A stretch of DNA of 64,000 nt from Octopus sinensis (lineage: Eukaryota), in contig NC_043003.1 of NCBI RefSeq assembly GCF_006345805.1, positions 92,442,001 to 92,506,000 on the forward strand, read 5' to 3'. Shown in pieces: positions 1-12,295 of the stretch (the stretch's first letter is position 1; the number at the start of each line of letters is the position of its first letter). The notes under the pieces are model-generated. The model was given only the letters and a program-made list of their open reading frames with translations, was not told the DNA's origin and did no database searches. Made by a program: the position numbers and the translations under genes.

Positions 1-337
1 GGACTTATTCTTTGGAAGCCTAGTACTTATTCGATCGTTCTATTTTGCCGAACCGCTAAGTTACGGGGACGTAAACACGCCAGCATCGGTTGCCAAGCGA
101 TGTTGGGAGGACAAACACAGACACACAAACATACTCACTCACATACATATATATATATACATATACATATATACGACGGGCTTCTTTCAGTTTCCGTCTA
201 CCAAATCCACTCACAAGGCTTTGGTCGGTCCAAGGCTATAGTAGAAGACACTTGCCCAAGGTGCCACGCAGTGGGACTGAACCCGGAACCATGTGGTTCG
301 TAAGCAAGCTACTTACTACACAACCACTCCTGCGCCT
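1..337 (-). mobile_element. tRNA-derived SINE, family 1 (GCAGGAGTGGCTGTGTGGTAAG head), runs off window start
   Basis: Reverse complement of 586-1000. tRNA-like A/B-box head, CCTTGGGCAAGTGTCTTCTACTATAG core, internal TA/TG tract. Confidence 0.85.
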
Positions 338-585
338 GCCTTTAGTAATTACACAACGACTATACAGAAGCACCGCGTTCGGTGAAATTGTTTGAAAATA
401 AGGAAATCAGCATCGATTCCAGTTGCGAAGTAATTTTATTGAAATCTGTATTTTAGCAGTTCGATGAATAGAATTCAATATATTACTACGCGACTTTACA
501 AACATAAAATTCTTTTTATTTTCTTCAGTATATTTCGTTTGTACATATTTCTGTTTTGACTACATCAAGCATTCCAGGACAACTT

Positions 586-751
586 AGGCGCAGGAGTGGC
601 AGTGTGGTAAGTAGCTTGCTTACCAACTACATGGTTCTAGGTTCAGTCCCACTGCATGGCACCTTGGGCGAGTGTCTTCTACTATAGTCTTGCGCCGACC
701 AAAGCCTTGTGAGTGGATTTGGTAGACGGAAACTGAAAGAAGCCCGTCGTA

Positions 752-782
<31 letters not shown>

Positions 783-998
783 GAGTGAGTATGTTTGTGT
801 GTCTGTGTTTGTCCCCCCAACATCGCTTGACAACTGATGCTGGTGTGTTTACGTCCCCGTAACTTAGCGTTTCGGCAAAAGAGACCGATAGGATAAGTAC
901 TAGTTTTCCAAACAATAAGTCCTGTGGTCGATTTGGTTGACTAAAAGGCGGTGCTCCAGCATGGCCGCAGTCAAATGACTGAAATGAGTAAAAGAGTA

Positions 999-1000
<2 letters not shown>
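586..1000 (+). mobile_element. tRNA-derived SINE, family 1, full length
   Basis: Homologous to 57732-58144, 1-337, 13095-13480 and others; ends in AAAAGAGT repeats followed by (AG)n. Confidence 0.9.
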
Positions 1001-1032
<32 letters not shown>

Positions 1033-1137
1033 TAATTATTATTAAGCTAAATCATTAGTTTTATGATAATACTAGACAAGAAATTCAAAGACATCATATC
1101 TTTGTTATTAGATCTCCTCAGGGAAGCATAGGCTTAC

Positions 1138-1152
1138 CTGTGCGTACCAGAT
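1138..1152 (-). CDS. Candidate 15-nt micro-exon (phase 1-1, x-LVRT-x)
   Basis: Minus strand reads TCTATCATTTTCAG|ATCTGGTACGCACAG|GTAAGC. Splice signals only. Confidence 0.2.
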
Positions 1153-1959
1153 CTGAAAATGATAGACTATCAGACACATGCCTAATTACCAATGGCCTCT
1201 CTCGCATCAATACAAGGTAGACAATGCATGCTTAGATAAATAAATGAATGCGACAAACAAATCAGATTTTCTTTAAAATCTTTCATTGTTATGGAAAAAA
1301 ACCGCCAAGAGGTTTCATATATACTACATGAACTCTATTTCAATTTTATGTTGTTTTTGAAGTGCATGCTCCAGGTTATGTCACAAGTGTCGCATTCGGT
1401 ATGTACATACACACAAAGGCGGACAGTTACACATACATATACACACACACACACATACGCACAAACAAACGCTTGTATATATATTCGAAACACGCAATAA
1501 ATCGAAACAGGGGCAGCTGAAGAAGGGGAATGTTCCTTGTGTTGTATGTCTTGTACTCTGTTTTTTCGTCGTTAAAAAAATTCCGTTTCCATGTTTTGTT
1601 TTTATGTTTTCGTTTCTCGTTGTGTTCTACGTATTTTTTTGTAGTGCCCTGTACCCATATATGCATGTATATATACATATGGATGTGGGTATGTACATAT
1701 ATGTATGTATGTATGCATATGTTTTATTTATTAAATTGTTGTTATATATATATATAATATATATATATAATATATATATATATAGAACGAGAGACCCATA
1801 CGGAATCTGCACTAAGATTATGCAAATTTTATAGACATGTGCGCGCATAGATACACCAACACTTTTACACATGTACAGCCAACACACAACATACAAATAT
1901 ACATACAGGTCTGCACACACACACACACACACACAAATAGATAAATAGATAAAGACATA

Positions 1960-2160
1960 CATACATACATACATACATACATACATACATACATGCATGC
2001 ATACATACATACATACATACATGCATGCATACATACATACATACATACATACATGCATGCATACATACATACATGCATGCATACATACATACATACATAC
2101 ATACATACATACATACATGCATGCATACATACATACATACATACATACATACATACATGC
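1960..2160. repeat. (CATA)n microsatellite with CATG variants
   Basis: Direct reading. Confidence 0.95.
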
Positions 2161-2346
2161 ATATATAATCATACATGCGAACAGACAGATGCTCAGACAA
2201 GCACACATACACATACACATGTACAAACACATACATACACATGTATACACGGAGATGAACACGCATACACACATCGAAACGCGCGCAGAAAGCCAAACTC
2301 AAATAGACATTCATATGCAGACGCGCGCGCGCGCACTCTCACACAC

Positions 2347-2393
<47 letters not shown>

Positions 2394-3244
2394 ATACACT
2401 AAGAGACCTGGTGAAAGAGTTGAGAGTCCTTTGTCAGAAAACAAAAACAAAAACAAAAAATACTTATGTTTTACTGAGTTGTACAAAAAGGGTTGAATCA
2501 CTGGACCTTTTTCAGGTGAATAACAGAAGGTGGAAGAGGTGTAGAGGGGGCGTGGATCAACAAAGATTTAAGGGGTCACCGTTCTTGTTTGCAGACGTTT
2601 TACAAATAACAGAGAACAGTAGTTGTGAATTGCCATTGTTGTGTAAATAGCAGCAACAATAAATATGGCTATTTAATGATTGTTGTTGTTTGTAAGACTT
2701 ACATTACCATCACAAACACCAATCCCTCCCCTACCAATACCACCACCACCACCACCACCACCACCACCGGAGCCGTCGCCGCCGCTACCATAAGTATATA
2801 AATACATTAACGAACACAAATATATATAGCTCAACCCGTGGAAGGAATTTTATACCGTGAGAAAGAAGAGAAACCAAACGAATAGAACGGAGCCTTTCGT
2901 CGAAGAGAGAAAAGAAATATTCACTGTTGTACCAATTTATGCATCGACACAAATATATAACATTGAGCAATGTCAATATATATACCTCTACATATATCAA
3001 TGCACAGTTAGGCACTTACATACAAGTACACATATACAAGTGCATACACCTATATTATTTTACATATAGCTTGCCGCCATTCAACACAGTCTCCCTTCAT
3101 CAGCTGCTGACTGGAAAACACCACGGTTTCGGTACCTTCCGACAGTATCGCTTTTTTAGCTGTACCGAGAAGTATTTATGTTAGAAGGGAATATCCAGTG
3201 TTTTTTTTTCTGAGTGTGTGTTTGTGCGTGCGCGCGCGTGTGTC

Positions 3245-3590
3245 TTTTTAAACTCTCAGTCATCCATCAACCATAGCATCAACCCAGGTTCAGCTGTTGC
3301 CATTTCAATCATGCAGCTATTATATTTTACTACTTTCTGGTAACTTATTCTTTGCTTTCGCCTTTGGTCTTTCTCTCACATGCATCTGCCACATCCAAGA
3401 TGAAGCATTTTCTGTTTCCCTCTCCAGTTCATGAATCTATGCCCTGTTGACCTCTTTAACTCCAATAGATAGTAAGTCACGTAAGTCACTGCGTAAGTTA
3501 GCTACAAAGCCCACGACATCTCACCTCTAATAGGAACACTGTACATTAGCATATTCTTGCCTTAGGGGATTTAAGTTCCTCATATTTTAG
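3245..3590 (-). mobile_element. Decayed 3' end of a HERO/NeSL-like RLE non-LTR retrotransposon
   Basis: Frameshifted translation YEEL...EVRCRG(F)VA...ETENASSWMWQ resembles the EVGCRGF...AExASxWLW C-terminus of this group. Confidence 0.5.
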
Positions 3591-3664
3591 GTACGTCCTT
3601 TCACTCCATATTAACAACACTACCACACTTTCACACTAACATATCATCTAACAAGGATGACACC

Positions 3665-3870
3665 ACGCATCGTTGTCAAGCGATATTGGGGGGACAAACA
3701 CAGACACACACACACACACACGCGACGAGCTTCTTTCAGTTTCCGCCTACCAAATCCACTCACAAGGCTTTGGTCGGCCCGAGGCTATAGTAGAAGACAC
3801 TAGAAGACACGCAGTGAGACTGAACCCGGAACCATGTGGTTCGTAAGCAAGTTACTTACCACACAGCCAC
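3665..3870 (-). mobile_element. SINE family 1, partial
   Basis: Homology to 586-850. Confidence 0.8.
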
Positions 3871-4074
3871 CCCTACGCTACACACATTTACATATATATA
3901 TGCATGTAAATGTATGTATGTATGTATGTATGTATGTATGTATGTATGCATGATGCATGCATGTATGTATGTATGTATGTATGTATGTATGTATGTATGT
4001 ATGCATGTATGTATGTATGTATGTATGTATGTATGTATGTGTGCGTGCGTATGTGTGTGAGTGAGTGTGTCTTT

Positions 4075-4325
4075 GTGTCTGTGTTTGTCCCCCACAACCG
4101 ATTGCCAACCGTTATTCGGACGCTGTAGTTATTCTATTGGTCATTGATGTGTTTATATCCCCGTAACTTCGTGGCTCAGCAAAAGAAGAAACCACTAGAA
4201 TAAGTGGCAGGCTTTAAAAAGATAAGTCGATTCATTCGACTAAAAAAAAAAAAAAAGAATTCCTCAAGGCGGTGTCCCAGCATCATGTCCACTGCCTAAT
4301 TACAGAAATAAGTTAAAGATAAAAG
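4075..4325 (+). mobile_element. SINE family 1, diverged 3' half
   Basis: Homology to 800-1000. Confidence 0.65.
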
Positions 4326-4480
4326 ATGATACACATCCCGCCACACACACATTAGTGAAATCTTTAAATTCCCTCCCCCCCCAAATTTTGATAAACTTTC
4401 CAAAATGAGGTTAAAAACCGTCTAAATTTATGAAACATGTTGAATTGTCCATTCTCTCTTCAAGCCTCTAAACCGCTCTC

Positions 4481-4892
4481 GGATCTTTTCGGTTTGAACG
4501 GCAATTTTATAAGATAATTTTCACGTAACTAAATACTTTTAAACTTCGTATACTGGTAGAATGTGTTTATAAAACATCTTTTTCTCTTGGCTTTATTGAG
4601 AAAATTCTATAGTTTGTAAGATATATGTCGTTTTTTCTTCAATTTCCACAATTTCAACCAATCAATGACGTCTATTGAGGTGAAAACATTCTGTGCCGTA
4701 TGAATATGTCCCTCGTTTAAGAAACAGATTGAGTTTATTTACATTTGAGAAGAAAAAAGATACCCTTCCCCCCACCACTAACCCTAACCCTAAAACATTG
4801 AAATGCAATAGATCGATATTAGGGTCATAATTATGGGTGACAAATTCATATGACACCGCTAGAAAAAACTGCCGTTCAAACCGAAAAGATCC
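4481..4892. mobile_element. MITE with GGATCTTTTCGGTTTGAACGGCA TIRs and 8-bp TSD (Merlin-like)
   Basis: Perfect 23-bp TIRs; flanks CCGCTCTC / CCGCTTTC; second copy at 14914-15315. Confidence 0.9.
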
Positions 4893-5668
4893 CCGCTTTC
4901 TACTCGCTGTGAAACAGCACTGATTTACTTACGAAGGCACTTCACAAACTCATAATATTCCCCTTCGTTGGTCTCTCAATTTGAAATCGCTGTTTGACAT
5001 CTATCTATTCTTTTCACGCTTATTTACTCTCTGACAATCTAATTTCTGCACTCTATCCCTCTATCTTTCTCAATCTATCTATCTGTCTGTCTGCCTTTTC
5101 CATACTATTCCATATAATGCTCTGTCGCATTCTCTTTCACACGCTCCTTGAACATTCTGTCCTTTTTTATTACCTTCCCTGACTACCAGCATCCTTCACT
5201 CTCTTTCTCCCAGTCTTTCTTTTCGTCTGTTTAACCTGTCTGTCTGCCCTTCTCTCTCTCTCTCACTGCTTCTTTAGTTTTTGTTTACCAGGCTTTCTTT
5301 CTCTTCCACTCACACAATTTCCCTCTCCCTTACACCCTTCTAATTACAAAGTCACTCCCACTCACTCATTACTTCCATCAAACCTTTGTACCGTCTCAAT
5401 TTCTCCTTCACACACACACACACAATCCCATTACGGTACTGAATAGGATAGAAGTCATTGTTGATTTATACTAATCTACCAGCATCTATCCCACACCTAA
5501 TGCCACCATTTTCTTTCCAATCTTATTTCTATTTAGTTCAGATTAAACACGAGTTAATAACTCTTATTAGTTCCCTTTAATCGGTCAGTCACGAGTTTGG
5601 TCCAATTCAAAACAGGATTTAACAGCGTCTGATCGTCTGACTCCTTAGATAACAAAGGATTCTGTCTG

Positions 5669-5746
<78 letters not shown>

Positions 5747-5783
5747 CCTACCTACCTACCTACCTACCTACCTACCTACCTAC

Positions 5784-5846
<63 letters not shown>
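5669..5846. repeat. (TATC)n/(TACC)n microsatellite
   Basis: Direct reading; left flank of the Tx1 remnant. Confidence 0.95.
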
Positions 5847-5847
<1 letters not shown>

Positions 5848-5865
5848 TCTTCCATCTATCCATCC

Positions 5866-6885
5866 ATAACACAACCCAAGCATTCTATAGGGGATTAGTG
5901 GAGGGGAGATACGACGACGAGCTCGGGGCGAACCCGGATGTCGACGAGGAGATACTGACCGCCTGTTCGGGACGACTTTCGGGCTCATGGACAACTTCAG
6001 AGATCCCTGGCCTGGCAGTGCTACCGAGAAGCGTACCTGTTCGGGAAGCTCTACAGAACCAGCTCGAGAAACACGGGGCCGACCTGCCCGAGATGCGGTC
6101 AGAGCGACGAAACCGTTCTGCACGCAATCGTGCAGAGTCCAACAATTTCCGACCTGTGGGCTTATGTCGAACAACTGCTGTCACGTGTGGGACGAGTCGG
6201 TTTATCAGCTGAATCTATCGTCAATATCGTCACGCCTCCTTCCTTCAAACGGGAAGGAAGAGCTATTTTCATCATCCTTGTGGCTATGGCGAAAGAATGT
6301 ATCTGGTGGACGCGTCTGAAAGGATTGGAGACAAACACTTTCCTCTCCGGTCAATCTCTCATCAACTTCTTCAAGTATCACTTGAAAAGGAAAGTAAGAG
6401 TAGAGAGGCAAGTTTTGTCTAGCGAATGTTTTAAAAAAAGATGGGTGAATGTAGCATGGATGGCACGTATGAATGACGAAGCCACCTTGAGCATAATCCT
6501 ATGAACCCAGAAATTGAAAACAGTGGGTTACCCACTTGCAAACAAACGTGGTAACATATAACAATATTGACCGAGGTTACCGTGGTCTTTTTCGTAGGCT
6601 TTTCTTCCCACGGATAAACCTTATCTGCTTCCCCCTTTACACCGTACATCATGACACTGTGATACACAATCCCTATTGATCGGTTTTTTCCTCTTCCCCC
6701 TTTTTTCCTTTTTCTTCTTCTTTTTTTCTTTTTTCTCTTCTTTTGTTTCTTTTCCTCCCCCCCCTTTTACGATCCCTTTAGATCGAAAACCTACGCCACT
6801 TTTTTTTTCACCCCCCCCCAAAGAAAAGCTCTACCTTGTAATTTGTCCCATCTGTGAGCAGCCCTGTGTGGCTAATAAAGAAACT

Positions 6886-6886
<1 letters not shown>
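5866..6886 (+). mobile_element. 5'-truncated Tx1/L1-clade LINE: ORF2 C-terminus plus 3' UTR
   Basis: Frameshifted LAWQCYREA...CPRCGQSDETVLHAIVQSPTISDLW is a zf-RVT-type CCHC with the last C mutated to S. ORF 6130-6504 continues it; AATAAA at 6874, then (TATC)n. Confidence 0.8.
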
Positions 6887-6964
<78 letters not shown>

Positions 6965-6970
6965 CCTACC

Positions 6971-7034
<64 letters not shown>
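6887..7034. repeat. (TATC)n microsatellite
   Basis: Direct reading; right flank of the Tx1 remnant. Confidence 0.95.
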
Positions 7035-7036
<2 letters not shown>

Positions 7037-8055
7037 GTCTGTGTGTCTGTCTGTCTGTCTGTCTGTCTGTATGTATGTATGTATGATGTATGTATGTATG
7101 TATGTATGTATGTACGTGTGTATGTATGCGTGAATGTATATAAGTGTATCTTTTGTTTCAGTTATTAGACTGCAGCCATATTGGGGGGGGGGCACTGCCT
7201 CGAAGACTATTAATCGAACGTACTGAACGCAGTATTTTTCTGTCTTATTTTATCTGTTTATTTTGCCGAACCACTAAGTTACAGGACATAAGTACAGCAA
7301 CATCGGTCATGAATTGGCTGCAGGAGACAAATACAAACACAAACACATATTGTATTTGTGTGTGTGTGAGTGTGTGTGTGTGTGGTGTGTGTGCGTGCGC
7401 GCGTATACATACATACATACATACATACATACATACATACATACAAACATATATATAATGCAATTTTAAAGTTGTTTATTCACTTGACCGGTTTCACTTT
7501 TTTAGGTAAAGATTGTCAAAAGTAAAATGTAAAGCTTTGTATAAGCTTTGTTGTGTTAAGTACTAGTTGTCACAAAATATTAAGATACATTTATACATTC
7601 TTTGATAATAATAATAAGAAAATGTTAAAAACAGTTTACCAGGAAATATCTTGCGAAAACATTAAACAAAAAGTTCAATAAAAATATTAAGAGTTCATTA
7701 AAAATCATGTTTGTTTGAAAGTATCTATATACATACACAGAAAAGTATTAGGAGTTCGAAAAAGTCATATTTGGTAGTATATATATATATACACAGGAGA
7801 TATATTTAGGAATTTACAAAGAATTAGAGATGAATTGACCTGTTTTATCTTTTTTTTATTTTGTGTGAAGCTAAGGGTTGTTTGCTATTTTAAGGGACAG
7901 TGTGGGAGGTTGGTTGGGTGGGGGGAAGGAAGAGCAACGTGGAATTGAAAGGATTTTTTTGTTTCTACAAAGCTTTACATTTTGCTTTTGACAATCTAAA
8001 AAAGTGAAACCGGTTAAGTGAATAAACATCTTTAAAATTGCATTTTCAAACCTTT

Positions 8056-8101
<46 letters not shown>

Positions 8102-8229
8102 TATATATTATATATATATATATATATCTATATATATATATATATATATATATATCAGGAGCGAAGACGGGAGAGGTACGCAGTGATATCTGTATGGAAG
8201 ATACTGGTAACAAGTTTCGGAGGTAAGAG

Positions 8230-8595
8230 TTATACTAAACCTCGAAATGTACGTCACTAACCCTAACCCTAAAACGTTAACCTTAAAGCTAAAACCAGTA
8301 CAAACGCACAAACGATGTCATAAATAACAGTGACAAACGAAAAATACACCGCCGATAGTTGTTGTTAACAAACAACGGTAGTAATTTTATTCAGCTGAAT
8401 ACACGTCATTGGTTGGTTGAAATTACCGAAATAGGACTACTTTAACGTGAAATAACTTCATAAATATAAGTTTTTCTCAAAAATGGTAAGAATAAAAGAT
8501 GTTTTATGTGACACATTCTACCAGTGTCCGAAGTTTGAAAGTGTTTAGTTACAAAAAATTATTTTTTAAATCTGTAGGTCAAAAGGTAAAGATCC
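8230..8595 (-). mobile_element. Truncated MITE related to 4481-4892
   Basis: One terminus GGATCTTTACC; shares the subterminal TAACTAAACACTTT-AAACTTCG-ACTGGTAGAATGTG block and the TAACCCTAACCCTAA motif. Confidence 0.7.
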
Positions 8596-9311
8596 CACAT
8601 GTATGTATGTATGTATGTATGTATGTATGTATGTATGTATGTAGAAGTGTGCGTGTGTATCCATCTACTGGTTAAGGGGGTATCTCCGTATATACCTATC
8701 TACCTATGGACCAATCTTTTTTTATGTATTATGTAAACTACAATAAGCCAAAATTGTTCGTAACTGTTTATTTGTCTAGCGTCAGATTTTTACGTGTAAA
8801 AAGCTAAGAATGGTTAAAGCATGTACAAGAAAACTATATTTCGTTAATAATATCCAATAAAATCGAAACATGCTCTTAGATCTACCATCGACAAACGATC
8901 AAACATTAGCTTTCACCTTAAGCTCTGAAAACTATTTCTTGTGAATTTAATATAAATTTATTGAAATTATCTCCCTTGTTCTTTTTTGCTAGTTGTTAAT
9001 TGTTCACCAGAGAATAACTCCACTTCACCAAGAATTTTTAGCGCACGTATTCAGTATATCACTGTCCTTTATATTGACGTTATACACCTGTCAATCAACG
9101 TCTCTCATGCTGTTTACTCTCCATGTTGTCTGGCTCTGCTCCACTCTCTCACTCTCTCTTTCTCATACATTACATACATACATACATACATACACACACA
9201 CGCACACATACATACATACATACATGCACATATAGATACAAACATACATACAAGCACATATACATACGAACATATACACATACATTTATAGTATATGCAT
9301 ACAAATATAAA

Positions 9312-9565
9312 AATAAACGCGCTCTTTTAAAGCCTAGCCAGGCTCATGGGCCCGGTTTCCCGGTTTCAATGGCGTATGTGTTCCCCAGCTGGACGGGATG
9401 CCAGTCCATCGCAGCGTTACTCATTTTTGCCAGCTGAGTGGACTGGAGCAACGTGAAATGAAGTGTTTTGTTCAAGAACACAACGCGTCGCCCGGTCCAG
9501 GAATCGAAACCACAATCTTACGATCAAAGTGCTGACACCCTAACCACTAAGCCACGCGCCTCCAC
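9312..9565 (-). mobile_element. tRNA-derived SINE, family 3
   Basis: Reverse complement of 52954-53188; TTCTTGAACAAAACACTT-CACGTTGCTCCAGTCCACTCAGCTGG core. Confidence 0.85.
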
Positions 9566-9745
9566 ACACATACACATATATACTGTACATAAATATCTAT
9601 GCACACACGCACAGTACATGTATGCATGTATACACACATGCACACGTGCAAACATACAAGTGTAAATGCATGCATACATACATAAAAGCATGCATATAAC
9701 TAATAACTCCAATTAAAATATCATTATTTGATTCGGATTTATTAC

Positions 9746-9782
<37 letters not shown>

Positions 9783-10369
9783 AATTTACATAGATACAGC
9801 TGCCAACTCAGTGGATATAACCACGACGCCGGCACAAAAATAAATAATAATTTCTTATTGACATTATTGACAACTACTATTAAAACAATAATTATGAAGA
9901 TCATCAGGGATTAGCCAATAAATCTCTTTTTATCTCTTAATTCATTTCAGTACCACGACCACCACTACCACTGTCACCGTGACTACGACGACGACCACCA
10001 CCACCACCACTGAAACTAATATCATTACTACTGCCACCGTGACAGTATTAAATACTACTGAGATGCATTCATCGCATGAAACTAATAGTAGCTCATAAAA
10101 ACATATATTATGTTAATTACATAATATTTAACTCTCACGCGCACGCACACACAAGAAAGTATATTTATGTACATATATACTCAGACAAACGCAAACACGC
10201 ATAATACATATGTATGTGTGTCATTGTTCAGTTTTATTTCAAGATTTCTTGTCAATAGAGAAAGAGCTGGTTTCTAACCTAGATCCAAGACGCCTTCATT
10301 GCAATTTCAACATCAACAACAGGGTATGTATGTATGTATGTATGTATGTATGTATGTATACATGCAGAT

Positions 10370-10615
10370 TCGTATGTTTTGTTTTATGTATGTAATCTCA
10401 TGCATATACTTGCATATCTAGACATGCTCATATATACGAAAATGATAAAAGTTTTACAGATTTTTACAGTTCCAGTGATGGATTCGATCTGTAGTCTTCG
10501 AATTAGGTTTCTCCTTTCTGGTTTTGAGAAGCCTAATTTCTCAAGATTGGTATTTAGGCAGCGTGTTACATATCTCAGGTCTCCAATAATTACAGGTATG
10601 AACCTGAATTTGTAA
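10370..10615 (-). mobile_element. 3' end of an R4-like RLE non-LTR retrotransposon
   Basis: FIPVIIGDLRYVTRCLNTNLEKLGFS...LQIESITGTVKICKTF matches the IPxIIGALG...LQ...GT RLE C-terminal pattern; flanked by (CATA)n on both sides. Confidence 0.6.
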
Positions 10616-11029
10616 TCTGTATGTATGTATGTATGTATGTATGTATGTATGTATGTATGTATGCATGCATGTATGTTTAATATAAACAATTAAAGGACTG
10701 AGAGTTTCAAGCATAGAACTTATCAAATTTATCATTCAAACAAGCAACTAGAACAATAAACTGACCAGTGTTCTGTTAGCTTGTAGTATTTGATTCATAT
10801 CTAACGTCATACCAGAATAAAGTGTGGAGGAATCTTCATTCATTTATCCCCATCACCATGACAATATGACGACTCCTTTTATGATGGCTCCAAAATTACA
10901 CCGAACGAAACGTTGTGTTAACATCATATCCACGACGAGGAAAGATAAAGATAGAAGACACAGTCGTGAGTTTCTTGAAGTTAGTCGGTCTTGGATAACG
11001 CGCTTTTCTTCGCTTCTCTGACAAAGTAG

Positions 11030-12295
11030 GTTTCATTAAACTCTGATAAAGTCATTGAATGACATTTCTTATGACACCAGCAGACAAAATGGAAATGATG
11101 TTGCTCCGGTAGCGGTGAGTAGGGATATGGTCTGGAGACAAAGAATGCCGGAGGTCTCAACTACCACAGGCCCGACTATAAACCTATCAGGGAGTGACCG
11201 ATACCTTAACAGTTCTTTATTTTTCTCAGACGAGCAGCGGAGCCTGGGCTGGTAGCTGAAAACCCCAACCCTCCGCTAGAGAAGGTGTCACAGCATGTGA
11301 CATCCAAGATGATGAGCCTACCGCCACAGAACGGGGAAATTGTCATACTGTCCGGCCTTTTACCATTCTCTCGATCTAGCCCCGCTGGCTTGAGCTGGGA
11401 AGGGAAGTCTGCGACGTCTAGACCCTGCTTTATGATCTTGTTAAGGGTTACATGGTGTGGAAGGCGGCCAGCACTATGACAGCAGGATAGTGTATGGAGG
11501 CCGAAAAAATCCCCTGTGGATCCGCAGTAGCGTTCATGAGGCTCGTAGATCTGGTGACCAATCCTCAGAGAAACGTCAACGCGCAGCAGTTGCTATCAAA
11601 CTGAGAGCCAGTTGCGAGTGATGGAACTGCATTAAGTCAAGCTTCGCTGTAAGGTTGGGAGACTGAACGGAAATATACCAGACGTTGCTGGTCAAGCTGA
11701 CGCACTAGCTCGTCTGTGGTCATGTTACATTGGATAGCGTCCCATTTCTTTTGAGAGGATCGGACGTCCACAGAGGGGAGAAGTGATGGACATCAGCTGG
11801 GCGCTGGCCGAGCTGGTTCCATGTTGCGTAGGTCGCCTCGCGTTCTCCAGTCACAGATGGTTCAGTTGTGTTGTGAAGAATGAGGACACGGAGACCAGAG
11901 ATCGGAGCCGAGGCCACCATGTTTAATGGGTAAGGTTGCTTGTTACCATCTAGTGTCGTCCAACTGAACGTTGCATATCTCTTCAGCGGCCCGTTGAATA
12001 CCGGTATCGAGGTCGGCGAAGAGAGATTCGTGGTTGTAGCAAGGACCACTGTGGAGTGCATACGATAGCTTCGGTATGGCGAAGCAGTTTCTTAACATGA
12101 ACTATGCCGGGTGGGCGTAGATCACCTTCAGTCTATCTATCAATCTTTCTAGCTGGAGAAGCTTAGAGCTGAGGGTGGAGCGAATGGCAGATGGGAGGAT
12201 CGGTGAACCAAGGATAAGGACGTCCTCATTAGATGTCACCTGTACCTGGCGAAGTAACGAACGTACGTCGGAGACGGATCAACCGGTGTGTCATA
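11030..12295 (-). mobile_element. Decayed CRE-clade non-LTR retrotransposon (RT C-terminus, zinc knuckle, RLE endonuclease)
   Basis: LGSPI...LRNCFAIPKL; W*QATLPIKHGGLG; CG...GLHTLSC...H..LN; GKRPDSMT...DVTCCDT; VETSG. Multiple stops and frameshifts. Confidence 0.85.

Noticed and set aside
3085-3140. Minus-strand GAAAC...CTGATGA as a permuted hammerhead
   Set aside because: There is no stem II pairing, and position 17 would be G.
4778-4792. TAACCC repeats as an interstitial telomere
   Set aside because: Only 2-3 units, and they are part of the MITE body.
10470-10595. Apparent 126-bp symmetric plus-strand exon (CAG|...|GTATGA)
   Set aside because: The opposite strand encodes an RLE retroelement C-terminus, which explains the sequence better.
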